Shown here: piece after piece, positions 28,770 to 38,840 of the stretch | Position numbering within the stretch: position 1 is the first letter of the stretch | Layout: each line of letters opens with the position of its first letter | Assembly: GCA_021158005.1 (NCBI GenBank) | Contig: JAGGVN010000096.1 | Span: 1-53,080, forward strand | Reading direction: 5' to 3' | DNA length: 53,080 bases | DNA from: Candidatus Aerophobota bacterium | GTDB lineage: Bacteria; Aerophobota; Aerophobia; Aerophobales; JAGGVN01 | Program-made: the position numbers and the translations under genes | The notes under the pieces: model-generated | What the model was told of the DNA's origin: nothing | The model's input: the letters and a program-made list of their open reading frames with translations, nothing else | Database searches by the model: none

Positions 28770-30323
28770 TCAAATGACTTTTTTGAGTATCTGTCTAACT
28801 TTCCCAAATTCTTCTAACTTCAAAAAATAAGCTAATAAAGAAAATATTCCTATCCCTATTCCTAAACTTCCGGATAATTGGATAATTTGTAAGAATAAAG
28901 AAGAAATTTCTTCAAGCATAGAAGTGATCTTTATGAATAGATAAATTCCCCCAATCATTATAGAACTTGAAAGGCTAACTTTTAAAAGAGAAAGAAGAAT
29001 TTTTCCTCCTTCTATCTTTTTTAATCTCTTCCTCAATAGAAAAAGCAGGATAGCCATATTTATTATCATAGAAATAGAAGTTGCCAGAGCCAATCCTCCC
29101 TGTCTTAAAGGAGAAATCAGGAGAAAATTGAGAGTAACATTAACAACCATAGTAAGAAATGATATCTTAAGAGGTGTTACCATATCTTGAAGAGAGTAAA
29201 AAGCACGATTGAGAACCATCACTCCTCCCATAGCAAATAAACCTACTGAATAATAAAATAAAGCCTGATAGGTCGCCAAAGTATCTTCAAGAAGAAAAGC
29301 TCCGTGCTGGAAAATTAGAGAAATTAAGAGTTTTCCTATAATAATTAATCCCGCACTGGAAGGAATTAAAAGGAAGAAAACCATACGCAGACCCAGAGAG
29401 AGTGTTTCTCTAAATTCTTTTAGGTCCTCTCTGATATCCAGAGAAGAAAGGGAAGGAAAGATAGCTGTAGAGAAAGCAATGGCAAAGAGCCCTATAGGAA
29501 GCTGAATTAACCGCATAGCGTATTGAAGAGAAGAAATACCTCCCGGTGGAAGAGTGGAGGCAAAGACCCGATTAATAAGAATATTAATCTGTAGAGTCAT
29601 TCCTCCAAGAGCAGCTGGGCCCATCAATTTAAATATCTTTCTTACTCCTGCATCTTTAAAGGAAAGAACAAAATGGTAGCTATAACCCTTAGCTTTAAGA
29701 AAGGGGAGCTGGAAAAAAAGTTGAACTCCTCCACCAAGGACTACTCCTATAGCTAAGCTATAAATCCCGTATCGAGAGCTTAGTAAAACAGCAGAAAAGA
29801 TAATAGCTATATTAAAAAGGACAGGAGCGAAAGCAGGAGAAAAAAAATGCCTTTCACAGTTAAGTATAGCCATAGCTAAAGCAGCTATACTTATGAAAAG
29901 AAGGAAGGGAAACATTATCTGAGTAAGTTTAATTGCTAACTGCATTTGAGAGAAAGAGCCTTTGAAACCAAAGGCCAACCAGGGAACATAGAAAGGAGCA
30001 AAAAAGATCCCAACTGTTACTGTAACGATTAAGATAAGGAGTAAAATATTAAGGATATTACTGGCCAGAATTTCCGCTTCTTTTCTGCTCTTATTCCTTA
30101 ACCATTCGCTAAAGACAGGAATAAAAGCAATGCTTAACGCCCCCTCAGCTAAAAGAGAGCGAAAGAGATTAGGTAGGGTAAATCCTATCCAGAAAGCATC
30201 TGTAGCTGGAGAGTAACCGAATATATAAGCAATAACCTGAAGTCTTACCAGACCGAAGAGGCGGGAAAAAAAAGTTCCCACTCCTACTATTCCAGCAGCT
30301 TTAACTATTCTCTCTTTTTCCAA
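28770..30323 (-). CDS. murJ: lipid II flippase MurJ
   Basis: SRLFGLVR, PNLFRSLLAEGA, AFIPVF, RLIQLPIG, RAFY; multi-TM. Confidence 0.95.
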   Translation of the reverse strand: MEKERIVKAAGIVGVGTFFSRLFGLVRLQVIAYIFGYSPATDAFWIGFTLPNLFRSLLAEGALSIAFIPVFSEWLRNKSRKEAEILASNILNILLLILIVTVTVGIFFAPFYVPWLAFGFKGSFSQMQLAIKLTQIMFPFLLFISIAALAMAILNCERHFFSPAFAPVLFNIAIIFSAVLLSSRYGIYSLAIGVVLGGGVQLFFQLPFLKAKGYSYHFVLSFKDAGVRKIFKLMGPAALGGMTLQINILINRVFASTLPPGGISSLQYAMRLIQLPIGLFAIAFSTAIFPSLSSLDIREDLKEFRETLSLGLRMVFFLLIPSSAGLIIIGKLLISLIFQHGAFLLEDTLATYQALFYYSVGLFAMGGVMVLNRAFYSLQDMVTPLKISFLTMVVNVTLNFLLISPLRQGGLALATSISMIINMAILLFLLRKRLKKIEGGKILLSLLKVSLSSSIMIGGIYLFIKITSMLEEISSLFLQIIQLSGSLGIGIGIFSLLAYFLKLEEFGKVRQILKKVI

Positions 30324-30389
30324 TTCCAGCTTCTTAAATTGTAGGAATCTATAATTCCAGAACTATAAAAGGAAAACTTCCCAGGTAAT

Positions 30390-30417
30390 TTGCGAATTTT
30401 TAAGAATATGGTATAAT
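30390..30417 (+). promoter_or_regulatory. sigma70-type promoter for rpsT
   Basis: TTGCGA-16 nt-TATAAT with TG extended -10. Confidence 0.6.
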
Positions 30418-30445
30418 ATTTCCAAAAAATAAAAAGGAGATATTT

Positions 30446-30706
30446 ATGCCTCTTACAAAATCTGCAAAAAAAAGAGTGAGGCAGGACAAAAAAAGAAGAG
30501 AATATAACAGAAGCTGGAAAACAAGAATGAAAAATAAGATTAAAAAGATCAATAGTTTAATCCAGCAAGGGAAAATTATAGAAGCAAAGGAATTCTTTCC
30601 TTCTCTTATGAGTTTTATCGATAAAGTAGCATCCAAAGGAGTTATTCATAAGAATAAAGCAGCCCGAAAAAAATCAAAAATAGCTAAAAAATTAAATAAA
30701 GAGTAA
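30446..30706 (+). CDS. rpsT: 30S ribosomal protein S20
   Basis: KSAKKRVRQ...IDKVASKGVIHKNKAARKKS. Confidence 0.98.
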   Translation: MPLTKSAKKRVRQDKKRREYNRSWKTRMKNKIKKINSLIQQGKIIEAKEFFPSLMSFIDKVASKGVIHKNKAARKKSKIAKKLNKE

Positions 30707-30707
30707 T

Positions 30708-31442
30708 TTAACCTTCTTTAATTACTCCCAGAGGATAATAAGGAATCATTTTTTCTTCTAACCATTTTAGTGCCTCGACGGGAGAAAGTTTTAAGTTAGT
30801 AGGACAGGGGGAGAGGACTTCTACCAGAGAGAATTTCTTCTCTTCTATTTGGGTAACAAAAGATTTTTTAATAGCCTTTTTTGCTTTTCTTACATTAGCA
30901 GGATTATTTACCGCTACCCTTTCTAAATAATAAACTCCCTCTAAGGAAGAGAGTAATTCCGGTATTCTTAGCGGGTAACCACTCTCCTTTACTTCTCGTC
31001 CAAAAGGAGTAGTTGTAGTCTTTTGGCCTATTAAAGTGGTAGGTGCCATCTGCCCGCCAGTCATTCCATAATTAGCATTATTAACGAAGATTATATTAAA
31101 GGATTCTCCTCGAGAAGCCGCATGAATAGTCTCTGCTATTCCAATAGAAGCAAGGTCTCCGTCTCCTTGATAAGTAAAGACTACTCTATCTGGATAAACT
31201 CTCTTTATTCCTGTAGCTACAGCCGGGGCCCGGCCGTGAGCTACTTCCACCATATCAAAATCAAAATAATCATAGGCTACTACCGCGCATCCTACCGGGG
31301 ATATACCTATCACTTTCTCTCTAATACCTAACTCATCTATTACCTCACCTATTAAACGGTGGATTATTCCATGACCGCACCCCGGGCAATAATGCATAGG
31401 AACATTTTTCAGAGAGAGCGGTCTTTTATACCTTATCTTCAT
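30708..31442 (-). CDS. 2-oxoacid:ferredoxin oxidoreductase beta (TPP-binding) subunit
   Basis: [48 protein letters not shown]. Confidence 0.93.
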   Translation of the reverse strand: MKIRYKRPLSLKNVPMHYCPGCGHGIIHRLIGEVIDELGIREKVIGISPVGCAVVAYDYFDFDMVEVAHGRAPAVATGIKRVYPDRVVFTYQGDGDLASIGIAETIHAASRGESFNIIFVNNANYGMTGGQMAPTTLIGQKTTTTPFGREVKESGYPLRIPELLSSLEGVYYLERVAVNNPANVRKAKKAIKKSFVTQIEEKKFSLVEVLSPCPTNLKLSPVEALKWLEEKMIPYYPLGVIKEG

Positions 31443-31460
31443 ATTTACCTTCTCTCCTTA

Positions 31461-32252
31461 TCAGGGGTTATCCGATGGGGAATCTTTCTTGGTATCTTCT
31501 TTATGAGCCGAAGATACTCTCTGGGTAAAGGTATTCAAGAAGTCAATAGGAACAGGGAAAACAATAGTAGAACTGTGCTCAGTAGATATCTCGGAGAGAG
31601 TCTGAAGATATCTTAATTGAATAGCCTGAGGATATTTACTGAGAATTTCTGCGGCTTGAGACAACTTCTCAGATGCCTGATATTCTCCTGTTGCATTAAT
31701 GACCTTAGCTCTTCTTTCTCTTTCCACTTCAGCTTGCCTGGCCATAGCCCGTTTCATAGTGTCGGGAATTTCAATCTCTTTTATCTCCACCACGCTCACC
31801 TTAATTCCCCAGGGGTCAGTCTGCTCGTCTATTATTGCCTGGAGTCTATCGTTTATTTTTTCTCTTTGTGAAAGAAGCTCATCTAATTCTATTTCTCCAA
31901 CTACTCCCCTTAGAGTAGTTTGAGCTATCTGGAGAGTAGCGAAACGGAAGTTCTCAACTGCTACCACCGCTTTACAGGGATCTATAATTCTAAAATAGAT
32001 TACCGCGTTTACTTTGACGGGAACATTATCCTTAGTCATTACCTCCTGAGGCTGAACATCAAAGTTTATGGTTCTTAAGCTCATTTTTATCATTTTATCC
32101 ACAATAGGAATAATTAAGAAAATCCCGGGACCCTTTGCTCCTACCAATCTTCCTAATCTAAAGATTACTCCCCTCTCATACTCATTGACTATTCTAATAG
32201 AAGCCATTAAAATAATGAGCAATACTATTATTAGAAATATTATTAACCCCAT
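31461..32252 (-). CDS. slipin / stomatin-like SPFH protein
   Basis: [34 protein letters not shown]. Confidence 0.94.
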   Translation of the reverse strand: MGLIIFLIIVLLIILMASIRIVNEYERGVIFRLGRLVGAKGPGIFLIIPIVDKMIKMSLRTINFDVQPQEVMTKDNVPVKVNAVIYFRIIDPCKAVVAVENFRFATLQIAQTTLRGVVGEIELDELLSQREKINDRLQAIIDEQTDPWGIKVSVVEIKEIEIPDTMKRAMARQAEVERERRAKVINATGEYQASEKLSQAAEILSKYPQAIQLRYLQTLSEISTEHSSTIVFPVPIDFLNTFTQRVSSAHKEDTKKDSPSDNP

Positions 32253-32255
32253 CTT

Positions 32256-33551
32256 TTACACCTCCTTTTTCTTTACTATCAATCTCATTCCTTCTAATCC
32301 TCTTACCTCTACTTTCTCTCCTTTTTTAATTATCTCTTCAGGAAATTCAGCCCTTGCATTCCACATCTCTCCCCATATCCAGATTTTTCCATAAGGATTA
32401 AGATTAGTCTTAGCTACTCCTTCTCTTCCTATCATTCCCTCTGGCCCTGTAACCGGTCTTTTTACACGTGCTTTGACTACATAGGTAATAACAAATACAA
32501 AAAAACCGGAAATAAGAGCAGCAGCAAGAATAATATATTTTAAAGATATAGAGATATAAAGGGCAGAGGGATCAATCAGCATAAGAGAACCTAAGATTAG
32601 AGCAATTACCCCTCCAATAGTTAAAGCTCCATAAGAGGTAACTTTAATCTCTAAAAGAAATAAAATAACAGCTAAGATGATGAGAAATATCCCTGCTAAG
32701 GTAAAAGGAACAACCTGGAGGGAAAAGAGAGAGAGAATTAAGCAGGTTGTTCCGACAACTCCAGGAAGTATTGCTCCCGGATGAAGAAACTCCATAATAA
32801 TCCCGAGTATTCCTATCATCATCAGAATATATGCTATATTGGGGTCGGCTAAGGTTTGAAGAAACTTTTCCTGAAAGGAGGAAGGAATAAAACAAATTTC
32901 TGCTTTCTTTGTCTTAAGCACAACTATTCTTTTAGGAAATTCTATCTTCTTCCCGTCTATTTTCTGGAGAAGTTCGGACAAATCCTCAGCAATAAGGTCT
33001 ATTACTCCCAATTTTAAAGCTTCTGTTTCTGTTATAGAAACACTCTTTCTAACAGCTTCTTCTGCCCACTGAGCATTCTTTCCTCGCTTCTGAGCGATAG
33101 ATTTAATATAAGCAGAAGCATCATTGAGAACCTTTTCTTTTGTTTCTTCATCCATTTGCATTCCCATAGCTACCGGATGAGCTGCCCCAATATTAGTCCC
33201 CGGAGCCATTGCCGCTATGTGAGCCGCTAAAGTAATAAAGACCCCGGCTGAGGCTGCCCTTGCCCCTTTAGGAGATACATAAACTACTACAGGAATTGTA
33301 CTATTAAGCATTGCTTTGGTCATCTGACGCATAGAAGTATCCAATCCTCCGGGAGTATCCAGTTCAATGACTAAACACTCACTCTTTTCCTTAATAGCAA
33401 TATTGAGTGCTTTTTCCAGACGATTAGCTGTAACCGGACTTATAGGCCCATTAATAGTTAAAACCTGCACATTCTCTGATTTAGCTGGTAAACAGAAGAT
33501 AAAAGAAACTAAAATAATTAGCAAAATTATAATTTCTATCTCTTTTTTCAT
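32256..33551 (-). CDS. nfeD: NfeD-family membrane-bound serine protease
   Basis: LDTPGG, ARAASAG, GTNIGAAHPV, TM bundle, C-terminal OB fold (GEMWNA); upstream of slipin. Confidence 0.93.
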   Translation of the reverse strand: MKKEIEIIILLIILVSFIFCLPAKSENVQVLTINGPISPVTANRLEKALNIAIKEKSECLVIELDTPGGLDTSMRQMTKAMLNSTIPVVVYVSPKGARAASAGVFITLAAHIAAMAPGTNIGAAHPVAMGMQMDEETKEKVLNDASAYIKSIAQKRGKNAQWAEEAVRKSVSITETEALKLGVIDLIAEDLSELLQKIDGKKIEFPKRIVVLKTKKAEICFIPSSFQEKFLQTLADPNIAYILMMIGILGIIMEFLHPGAILPGVVGTTCLILSLFSLQVVPFTLAGIFLIILAVILFLLEIKVTSYGALTIGGVIALILGSLMLIDPSALYISISLKYIILAAALISGFFVFVITYVVKARVKRPVTGPEGMIGREGVAKTNLNPYGKIWIWGEMWNARAEFPEEIIKKGEKVEVRGLEGMRLIVKKKEV

Positions 33552-33552
33552 C

Positions 33553-34767
33553 TTAACTTATATCCTTTTCCAGCAAATTCTTCACCTTATCCCATATCTT
33601 TACCGCTATTTCTCTTTTACTTCTTTTAGCAAGATACTCTATCTTACCATTTTTATCAATTAAGGTAACTATGTTAGTCTCTTCCTCAAAACCTGCCCCT
33701 TCAAGGGTGATATCGTTAGCTACTATCAAATCAAGATTCTTCTCTTTCAATTTCTTTTTGGCTTCCTCTTCTATATTTTCTACTTCTGCACAAAACCCTA
33801 TTAGAATTTTATCCTTTTTTCTTTCTCCTAATTCTTTTAGTATATCCGGATTTTGGACTAACTTTATAGTAAGCTCTTTTTGAGAATCTTTCTTTATTTT
33901 TCCTTCCCTTCTTTTCTCTGGTCTGTAATCCGCGACAGCCGCTACCATAAATACTCCATCTACCTTAGAAAAGTTATCCATTACTTTCTTTTCCATGTCT
34001 TTTGCCGACTCTACTAAGTAAAACTCTGCCTTTGCCGGAGGAGTAAGAAAAGTAGGCCCACTAATGAGGATAATCTTTGCTCCTCGAGAAATTCCTTCTT
34101 CAGCCAGTGCATAACCCATTTTACCACTGGAATAATTGCTAAAGAACCGCACTTCATCTAAGGGTTCTCTTGTGGGACCGGCAGTAATCAGGAAACTCTT
34201 TCCCTGAAAGTCATTAAGAGAATTCATTACTTTTTCAAGATATTTTACAATACGAGGAGGATCTACCATTCTCCCTATTTCTGCCTCCCCGGAAGCTAAA
34301 ACTCCCTTCTCAGGACCAATAAATTTAAAACCAAAAGTCTTTAGCTTATTCATATTAGTCTGAAAAATAGGATTTCTGAACATTCTATAATTCATTGCTG
34401 GAGCAATAACTACCGGTGCCCTCGTAGCCAAGACCGTGGTAGTAAGAATATCATCGGCAATTCCGTTAGCTATTTTCCCTATTATATTCGCTGTAGCGGG
34501 GGCAATTAAAAGAAGGTCGGCCAATTTAGCCAGAGAGAGGTGAGGTATTTCTTTCTTTTCTTCTTTAAACATCTTCCGGGTAACTCTCTGGGAAGAGAGA
34601 GTCTGAAAAGTAAGTGGATGAACAAAATAAGTAGCTGCTCTGGTCATTACAGGGTAAATTATGGCTTCTTTTTTTCGAAGCAGTCTTATAATCTCCACTG
34701 CCTTATAGGCAGCAATACTTCCCGTTATTCCCACTACAATATTCTTATTTTTCAGCACAGAATTCAT
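33553..34767 (-). CDS. coaBC: phosphopantothenoylcysteine decarboxylase/ligase
   Basis: GITGSIAAYK, APATAN, APAMN, TAGPTRE, NYSSGKMG, AAVADY. Confidence 0.97.
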   Translation of the reverse strand: MNSVLKNKNIVVGITGSIAAYKAVEIIRLLRKKEAIIYPVMTRAATYFVHPLTFQTLSSQRVTRKMFKEEKKEIPHLSLAKLADLLLIAPATANIIGKIANGIADDILTTTVLATRAPVVIAPAMNYRMFRNPIFQTNMNKLKTFGFKFIGPEKGVLASGEAEIGRMVDPPRIVKYLEKVMNSLNDFQGKSFLITAGPTREPLDEVRFFSNYSSGKMGYALAEEGISRGAKIILISGPTFLTPPAKAEFYLVESAKDMEKKVMDNFSKVDGVFMVAAVADYRPEKRREGKIKKDSQKELTIKLVQNPDILKELGERKKDKILIGFCAEVENIEEEAKKKLKEKNLDLIVANDITLEGAGFEEETNIVTLIDKNGKIEYLAKRSKREIAVKIWDKVKNLLEKDIS

Positions 34768-35386
34768 TTATAAAAAGATTATTTCTCCTTTCTTCACCTA
34801 TAGTAGTTTCTGGACCATGTCCGGGGTAGACCTTTATCTCATCAGGAAGAGTTAACAGTTTCTTCCGAATAGAAAGTTCTAACTCCTCCCTGTTCCCCAT
34901 TGGTAGGTCTACTCTCCCTACTGAACCGGCAAAAAGAGTATCTCCCGTAAAGACTTCCTTTCCATTATAAAGACAGATACTACCCGGTGTATGACCAGGA
35001 GTATGTAAAACTCGCAAGAGTATCTCCTCTACCTCTATCTTATCTCCATCTTCAAGAGTCCTGGTAGGAGGAAGAAATTTTTTCCCCTTATTACTCATCA
35101 TTATTGAGAGATTTAAAAAGGGATTTCTTAACGAATTATTTTCCAAGAAATGAATAAGAAGAGAAGCTCCTGTTTCTTCTCTAATTATATCATTTCCCCC
35201 CGTATGATCTATATGAGCATGAGTATTGATAACATAGATTACCTTTAATCTCTCTTCATTAATCACTTTTAGAATTTTTTCTGCTTCATCACCGGGATCA
35301 ATAATTATTGCCTTTCTATTTTTTTTACTAATTAATATATAACAGTTAACTAACAATTCTCCTACTATCAGTTTTTTTATAATCAT
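34745..35386 (-). CDS. MBL-fold metallo-hydrolase (glyoxalase II-like)
   Basis: THAHIDH, TPGHTPG, GDTLF, PGHG. Confidence 0.93.
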   Translation of the reverse strand: MIIKKLIVGELLVNCYILISKKNRKAIIIDPGDEAEKILKVINEERLKVIYVINTHAHIDHTGGNDIIREETGASLLIHFLENNSLRNPFLNLSIMMSNKGKKFLPPTRTLEDGDKIEVEEILLRVLHTPGHTPGSICLYNGKEVFTGDTLFAGSVGRVDLPMGNREELELSIRKKLLTLPDEIKVYPGHGPETTIGEERRNNLFINEFCAEK

Positions 35387-35472
35387 CTTTTCAAGCCAAC
35401 AATTTTTCTTACCTACCTGAATATCTCTCAGGTTTCTTATCTTAATTTTTTAGGTGAAGTATCTATTTTAGA

Positions 35473-35985
35473 TCAATATTTAATGAGAGAAAAAACATTA
35501 TACTCTTTGATTTTCTCCCTTCCTTTTAAAGGGGTTAACTCAATTAAGAAAAAAACTCCTTTTATTTCTCCTCCTAATTTTTCTACAAGGTCACAAATTG
35601 CTCTGGCTGTTCCTCCGGTAGCTAAAAGGTCGTCAAAGACCAGAACCTTATCTCCTCTCTTAATAGCATCTTTGTGGATTTCCACCACATCTTCTCCATA
35701 TTCCAGTTCATATTTTACCTTCTCTGTTTCATAAGGAAGTTTACCGGGTTTACGCACAGGAATAAATCCTACTCCCAGTTTATAAGCAAGAGCTGCTCCC
35801 AAAATGAATCCTCGAGCTTCCACACTTACTATTAACTTAATCCCTTCCGGAGATTGTTCTGCCAGGAGATTTATAGCTTTCTTGAAAGAAGCAGCATCCT
35901 GAAGAAGAGGAGTAATATCCCTGAAGAGAATACCTTTTTTTGGAAAATCTGCAATATTTCTAATTTTTCCTGATAGTTCCTCCAT
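35473..35985 (-). CDS. apt: adenine phosphoribosyltransferase
   Basis: DFPKKGILFRDI, EARGF, RKPGKLP, DDLLATGGT. Confidence 0.98.
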   Translation of the reverse strand: MEELSGKIRNIADFPKKGILFRDITPLLQDAASFKKAINLLAEQSPEGIKLIVSVEARGFILGAALAYKLGVGFIPVRKPGKLPYETEKVKYELEYGEDVVEIHKDAIKRGDKVLVFDDLLATGGTARAICDLVEKLGGEIKGVFFLIELTPLKGREKIKEYNVFSLIKY

Positions 35986-36023
35986 TTACCTCTCCTATAA
36001 TTTTTTAGTTTGCAATTTTTTAC

Positions 36024-37700
36024 CTAATTCCTCTCTCGATAGTCTTTAATATTCAACTGATAGAGTTTTCTTCCTCCCTGATAATTTATCTGCGGAGAAA
36101 AAATTATATCCACTCTGTTTGGGGCTTTTATCTCATCGCTCTTTAAATTAAATCCTATACCTTCAAATCTTTTCCCTCCCGGGGAACAGAGAGAAATTTT
36201 CATATAGCCCTTTCTTACCTTCCGAAAAGAAGAAATAGACAAATCAGTAGTTAGAAAAAGAGGAAGAGGATTCTCTACACCATAGGGAGAGAGAAGCTCC
36301 AATTCCTCAAAAATTTTTTCTTCCAGCTCCTCTAAATTAATTCTGGTGTCTATTAATAGTGAGGGAATGAAATCTGAAGGAGAGAGAGACTTATAAGCTA
36401 TATAATTGAGTCTTTCTCTTAATTTTTCTATATTTTCTAAAGAGACTTCCATCCCTGCAGCCATTTTATGCCCCCCAAAACTAATAAGTAAATCTTCACA
36501 TTCCTTAAGAGCATCAAATACAGAAAAAGAAGGAATACTCCTTGCTGAACCTCTGGCATTCTTCCCGTCAAGAGAAAAAATAAATGTAGGACGGAAATAT
36601 TTTTCCTTTATGTAAGAAGCAACCAGACCAATCACTCCTGGATGCCACCCTTTTTTATAAAGGAGAATTATAGGGTCCTTTTCTTTCGGTAAAATCTCTT
36701 CTGCTTCCCGGCAAATCTCCTCCTGTAATCTCTGCCGAGAGATATTCTCTTTATTTAACTCCTGTGCTAACTTGTGAGCTTCCCCAAAAGAAGTAGATAA
36801 AAGAAGTCTAACCCCTTTCACTGCCAAAGAAAGACGTCCGCAAGCATTAATTCTGGGAGCAAGGATAAATCCTATTTCTCTCTCTCCAATCTTCTTTCCC
36901 GAAAGACTGCTTACATTAATGAGAGCCTTAAGACCCACATTATTAGTTTTTCTTAAACACTCTAATCCTAATTTTACTAATGTTCTGTTTTCGTCTTTTA
37001 AAGGAACAATATCAGCAATAGTGCCTATTGCTACTAAATCTAAATATTTTGTTACCTCTATCTTTTTATAAGAGAATCTTTCTGAGAGACCCTGAATTAA
37101 CTTAAAAGCTACTCCTACCCCGGCCAATTTTTTGAAAGGATAGGGACAATCTGATTGTTCCGGATCAAGAATTATACAAGAGGGAAGAGGGTCTTCTGGA
37201 AAGTGATGGTCAGTAATGATTATTTCTAATCCTTTACTTTTTGCATATTCCACTTCTTTAAAAGAGGAAATACCGCAATCACAGGTAATAATAAGACTAA
37301 TTTTTTTCTGAAGTGCTTTGTCTATAGCTTCTTTATTTAATCCATATCCTTCGCTCTCTCTTTTGGGGATATAAAAATAAACATTAGCTTTTATTTCCCG
37401 CAAAAAAAGAAGTAAGAGAGAAGTAGCTGTAATTCCGTCTACATCATAATCCCCATAAATTAATATTTTCTTCTGTTTATGAATAGTCCTTAAAATGACT
37501 TGTATTGCCTCTTCCATTCCCTTCATCAAAAAGGGATTATAGAGGTCTTCCCGGCAAGGATATAAAAATTTTCTAATCTCTTTCCTTACTCCTCGATTAT
37601 GTAAAAGCTGGACCATCAAAGGAGATATACTCCATTTTTGAGAAAGAGAATGAATTTCTTCTTTTCCCAGACTCTTTTGCACAATCCACTTCTTTTCCAT
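36024..37700 (-). CDS. recJ: single-stranded DNA exonuclease RecJ
   Basis: GDYDVDG, DCG, TDHH, GSARS, GGHKMAAG. Confidence 0.97.
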   Translation of the reverse strand: MEKKWIVQKSLGKEEIHSLSQKWSISPLMVQLLHNRGVRKEIRKFLYPCREDLYNPFLMKGMEEAIQVILRTIHKQKKILIYGDYDVDGITATSLLLLFLREIKANVYFYIPKRESEGYGLNKEAIDKALQKKISLIITCDCGISSFKEVEYAKSKGLEIIITDHHFPEDPLPSCIILDPEQSDCPYPFKKLAGVGVAFKLIQGLSERFSYKKIEVTKYLDLVAIGTIADIVPLKDENRTLVKLGLECLRKTNNVGLKALINVSSLSGKKIGEREIGFILAPRINACGRLSLAVKGVRLLLSTSFGEAHKLAQELNKENISRQRLQEEICREAEEILPKEKDPIILLYKKGWHPGVIGLVASYIKEKYFRPTFIFSLDGKNARGSARSIPSFSVFDALKECEDLLISFGGHKMAAGMEVSLENIEKLRERLNYIAYKSLSPSDFIPSLLIDTRINLEELEEKIFEELELLSPYGVENPLPLFLTTDLSISSFRKVRKGYMKISLCSPGGKRFEGIGFNLKSDEIKAPNRVDIIFSPQINYQGGRKLYQLNIKDYRERN

Positions 37701-37730
37701 TTCTCTATTATAAATTATTTTAAAATAAGG

Positions 37731-38717
37731 TCAATTTTGAAACTGCCCCCATCCCCGAGATACTTTTACCTCCATCCCCTCACTTATAACCATTCCTTCT
37801 ACTCCCGGCAGAGTATTTATTAATTCTATTCCTTTTGTAGCTCCTAATACAAAGATTCCTGTAGCTAAAGCATCGGCAGTAGTAGCATCAGCAGCGACAA
37901 TAGTTACACTCATAGGAACATCCTGAACAGTTTCCCCCGTTTTAGGATTAATAATATGAGAATACCTTTTTCCTTCAATAGTATAGTATCTTCGGTAATC
38001 TCCGGAAGTGGCTACTCCCTTATCTCTTAATTTTATAACCGAAAAAAGCTCATTTTGATTCCGAGGATGCTGAATACCTATTGACCACTTCTTTCCTTCC
38101 GGAGGCTCACCCAAAGCATATAAATCTCCACCGGCGTTAATCAGTGCTCTCTTTATTCCCTTTTTCTTTAAAACCTCTATAGCTTTATCTACGGCATACC
38201 CTTTAGCAATCCCCCCAAGATCAATCTCCATTCCTCTCTCTTTAAAGGAAACGAGATTCCCTTCCAGTATTATCTTTTCATAGCCTACCAGAGAAAGAGT
38301 TTTATTTATTTCTTCCTTGCTGGGAACTTTTCCTTCTTTTCTTGCCTTCTTCCAGAGGTCAATCAAAGGTTTGCAGCTAATATCAAAAGCTCCTCCAGTT
38401 ATCCGGGAAAATTCAAGAGCCCTTTTAATTACTTCTAGAGTCTCCGGGGAAACCTTCATTTCTCCCTGACGATTAAGAGAAGAAACTTCACTATCATTCT
38501 TATAAATGCTCATTAAATTATCTATTTTCTTAATCTCATTAAAAGCGGCTTTAAGAGCTTCTTCGTCAGGGGGATATATACTAATTTCCACATTCGTTCC
38601 CATAATTATCTGAGTAGACTTAAGGAATTTACACCTTCTCAAAATGATACCCAAACTCAATCCTAAAAGAACAATTATTCCCAGAGAAGTTATAAAAATT
38701 AATTTTTTTCTTGACAT
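37731..38717 (-). CDS. apbE: FAD:protein FMN transferase
   Basis: MGT, GAFDI, DLGGIAKGYAVD, ATSGDY, HIINP, ADALAT. Confidence 0.95.
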   Translation of the reverse strand: MSRKKLIFITSLGIIVLLGLSLGIILRRCKFLKSTQIIMGTNVEISIYPPDEEALKAAFNEIKKIDNLMSIYKNDSEVSSLNRQGEMKVSPETLEVIKRALEFSRITGGAFDISCKPLIDLWKKARKEGKVPSKEEINKTLSLVGYEKIILEGNLVSFKERGMEIDLGGIAKGYAVDKAIEVLKKKGIKRALINAGGDLYALGEPPEGKKWSIGIQHPRNQNELFSVIKLRDKGVATSGDYRRYYTIEGKRYSHIINPKTGETVQDVPMSVTIVAADATTADALATGIFVLGATKGIELINTLPGVEGMVISEGMEVKVSRGWGQFQN

Positions 38718-38741
38718 CTCTACCCTCCAGAATTCATTTAT

Positions 38742-38801
38742 AGATTATCAAAAAGAAATTAGGTGTCAAATTTTGACATTTCTTCAAAATTTGAATACGA
38801 T
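38742..38801. promoter_or_regulatory. back-to-back divergent promoters for apbE and lpdA
   Basis: TGTCAAA-T-TTTGACA gives TTGACA on both strands; -10 TACGAT (+, 17 nt) and TAATCT (-, 16 nt). Confidence 0.65.
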
Positions 38802-38840
38802 ATTTCAAAAGAGAGAATAAACAAATGAGGAGGAAAAACC

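Noticed and set aside
31461-33551. nfeD-slipin pair plus hflKC as a novel SPFH system
   Set aside because: Both are well-known conserved gene pairs
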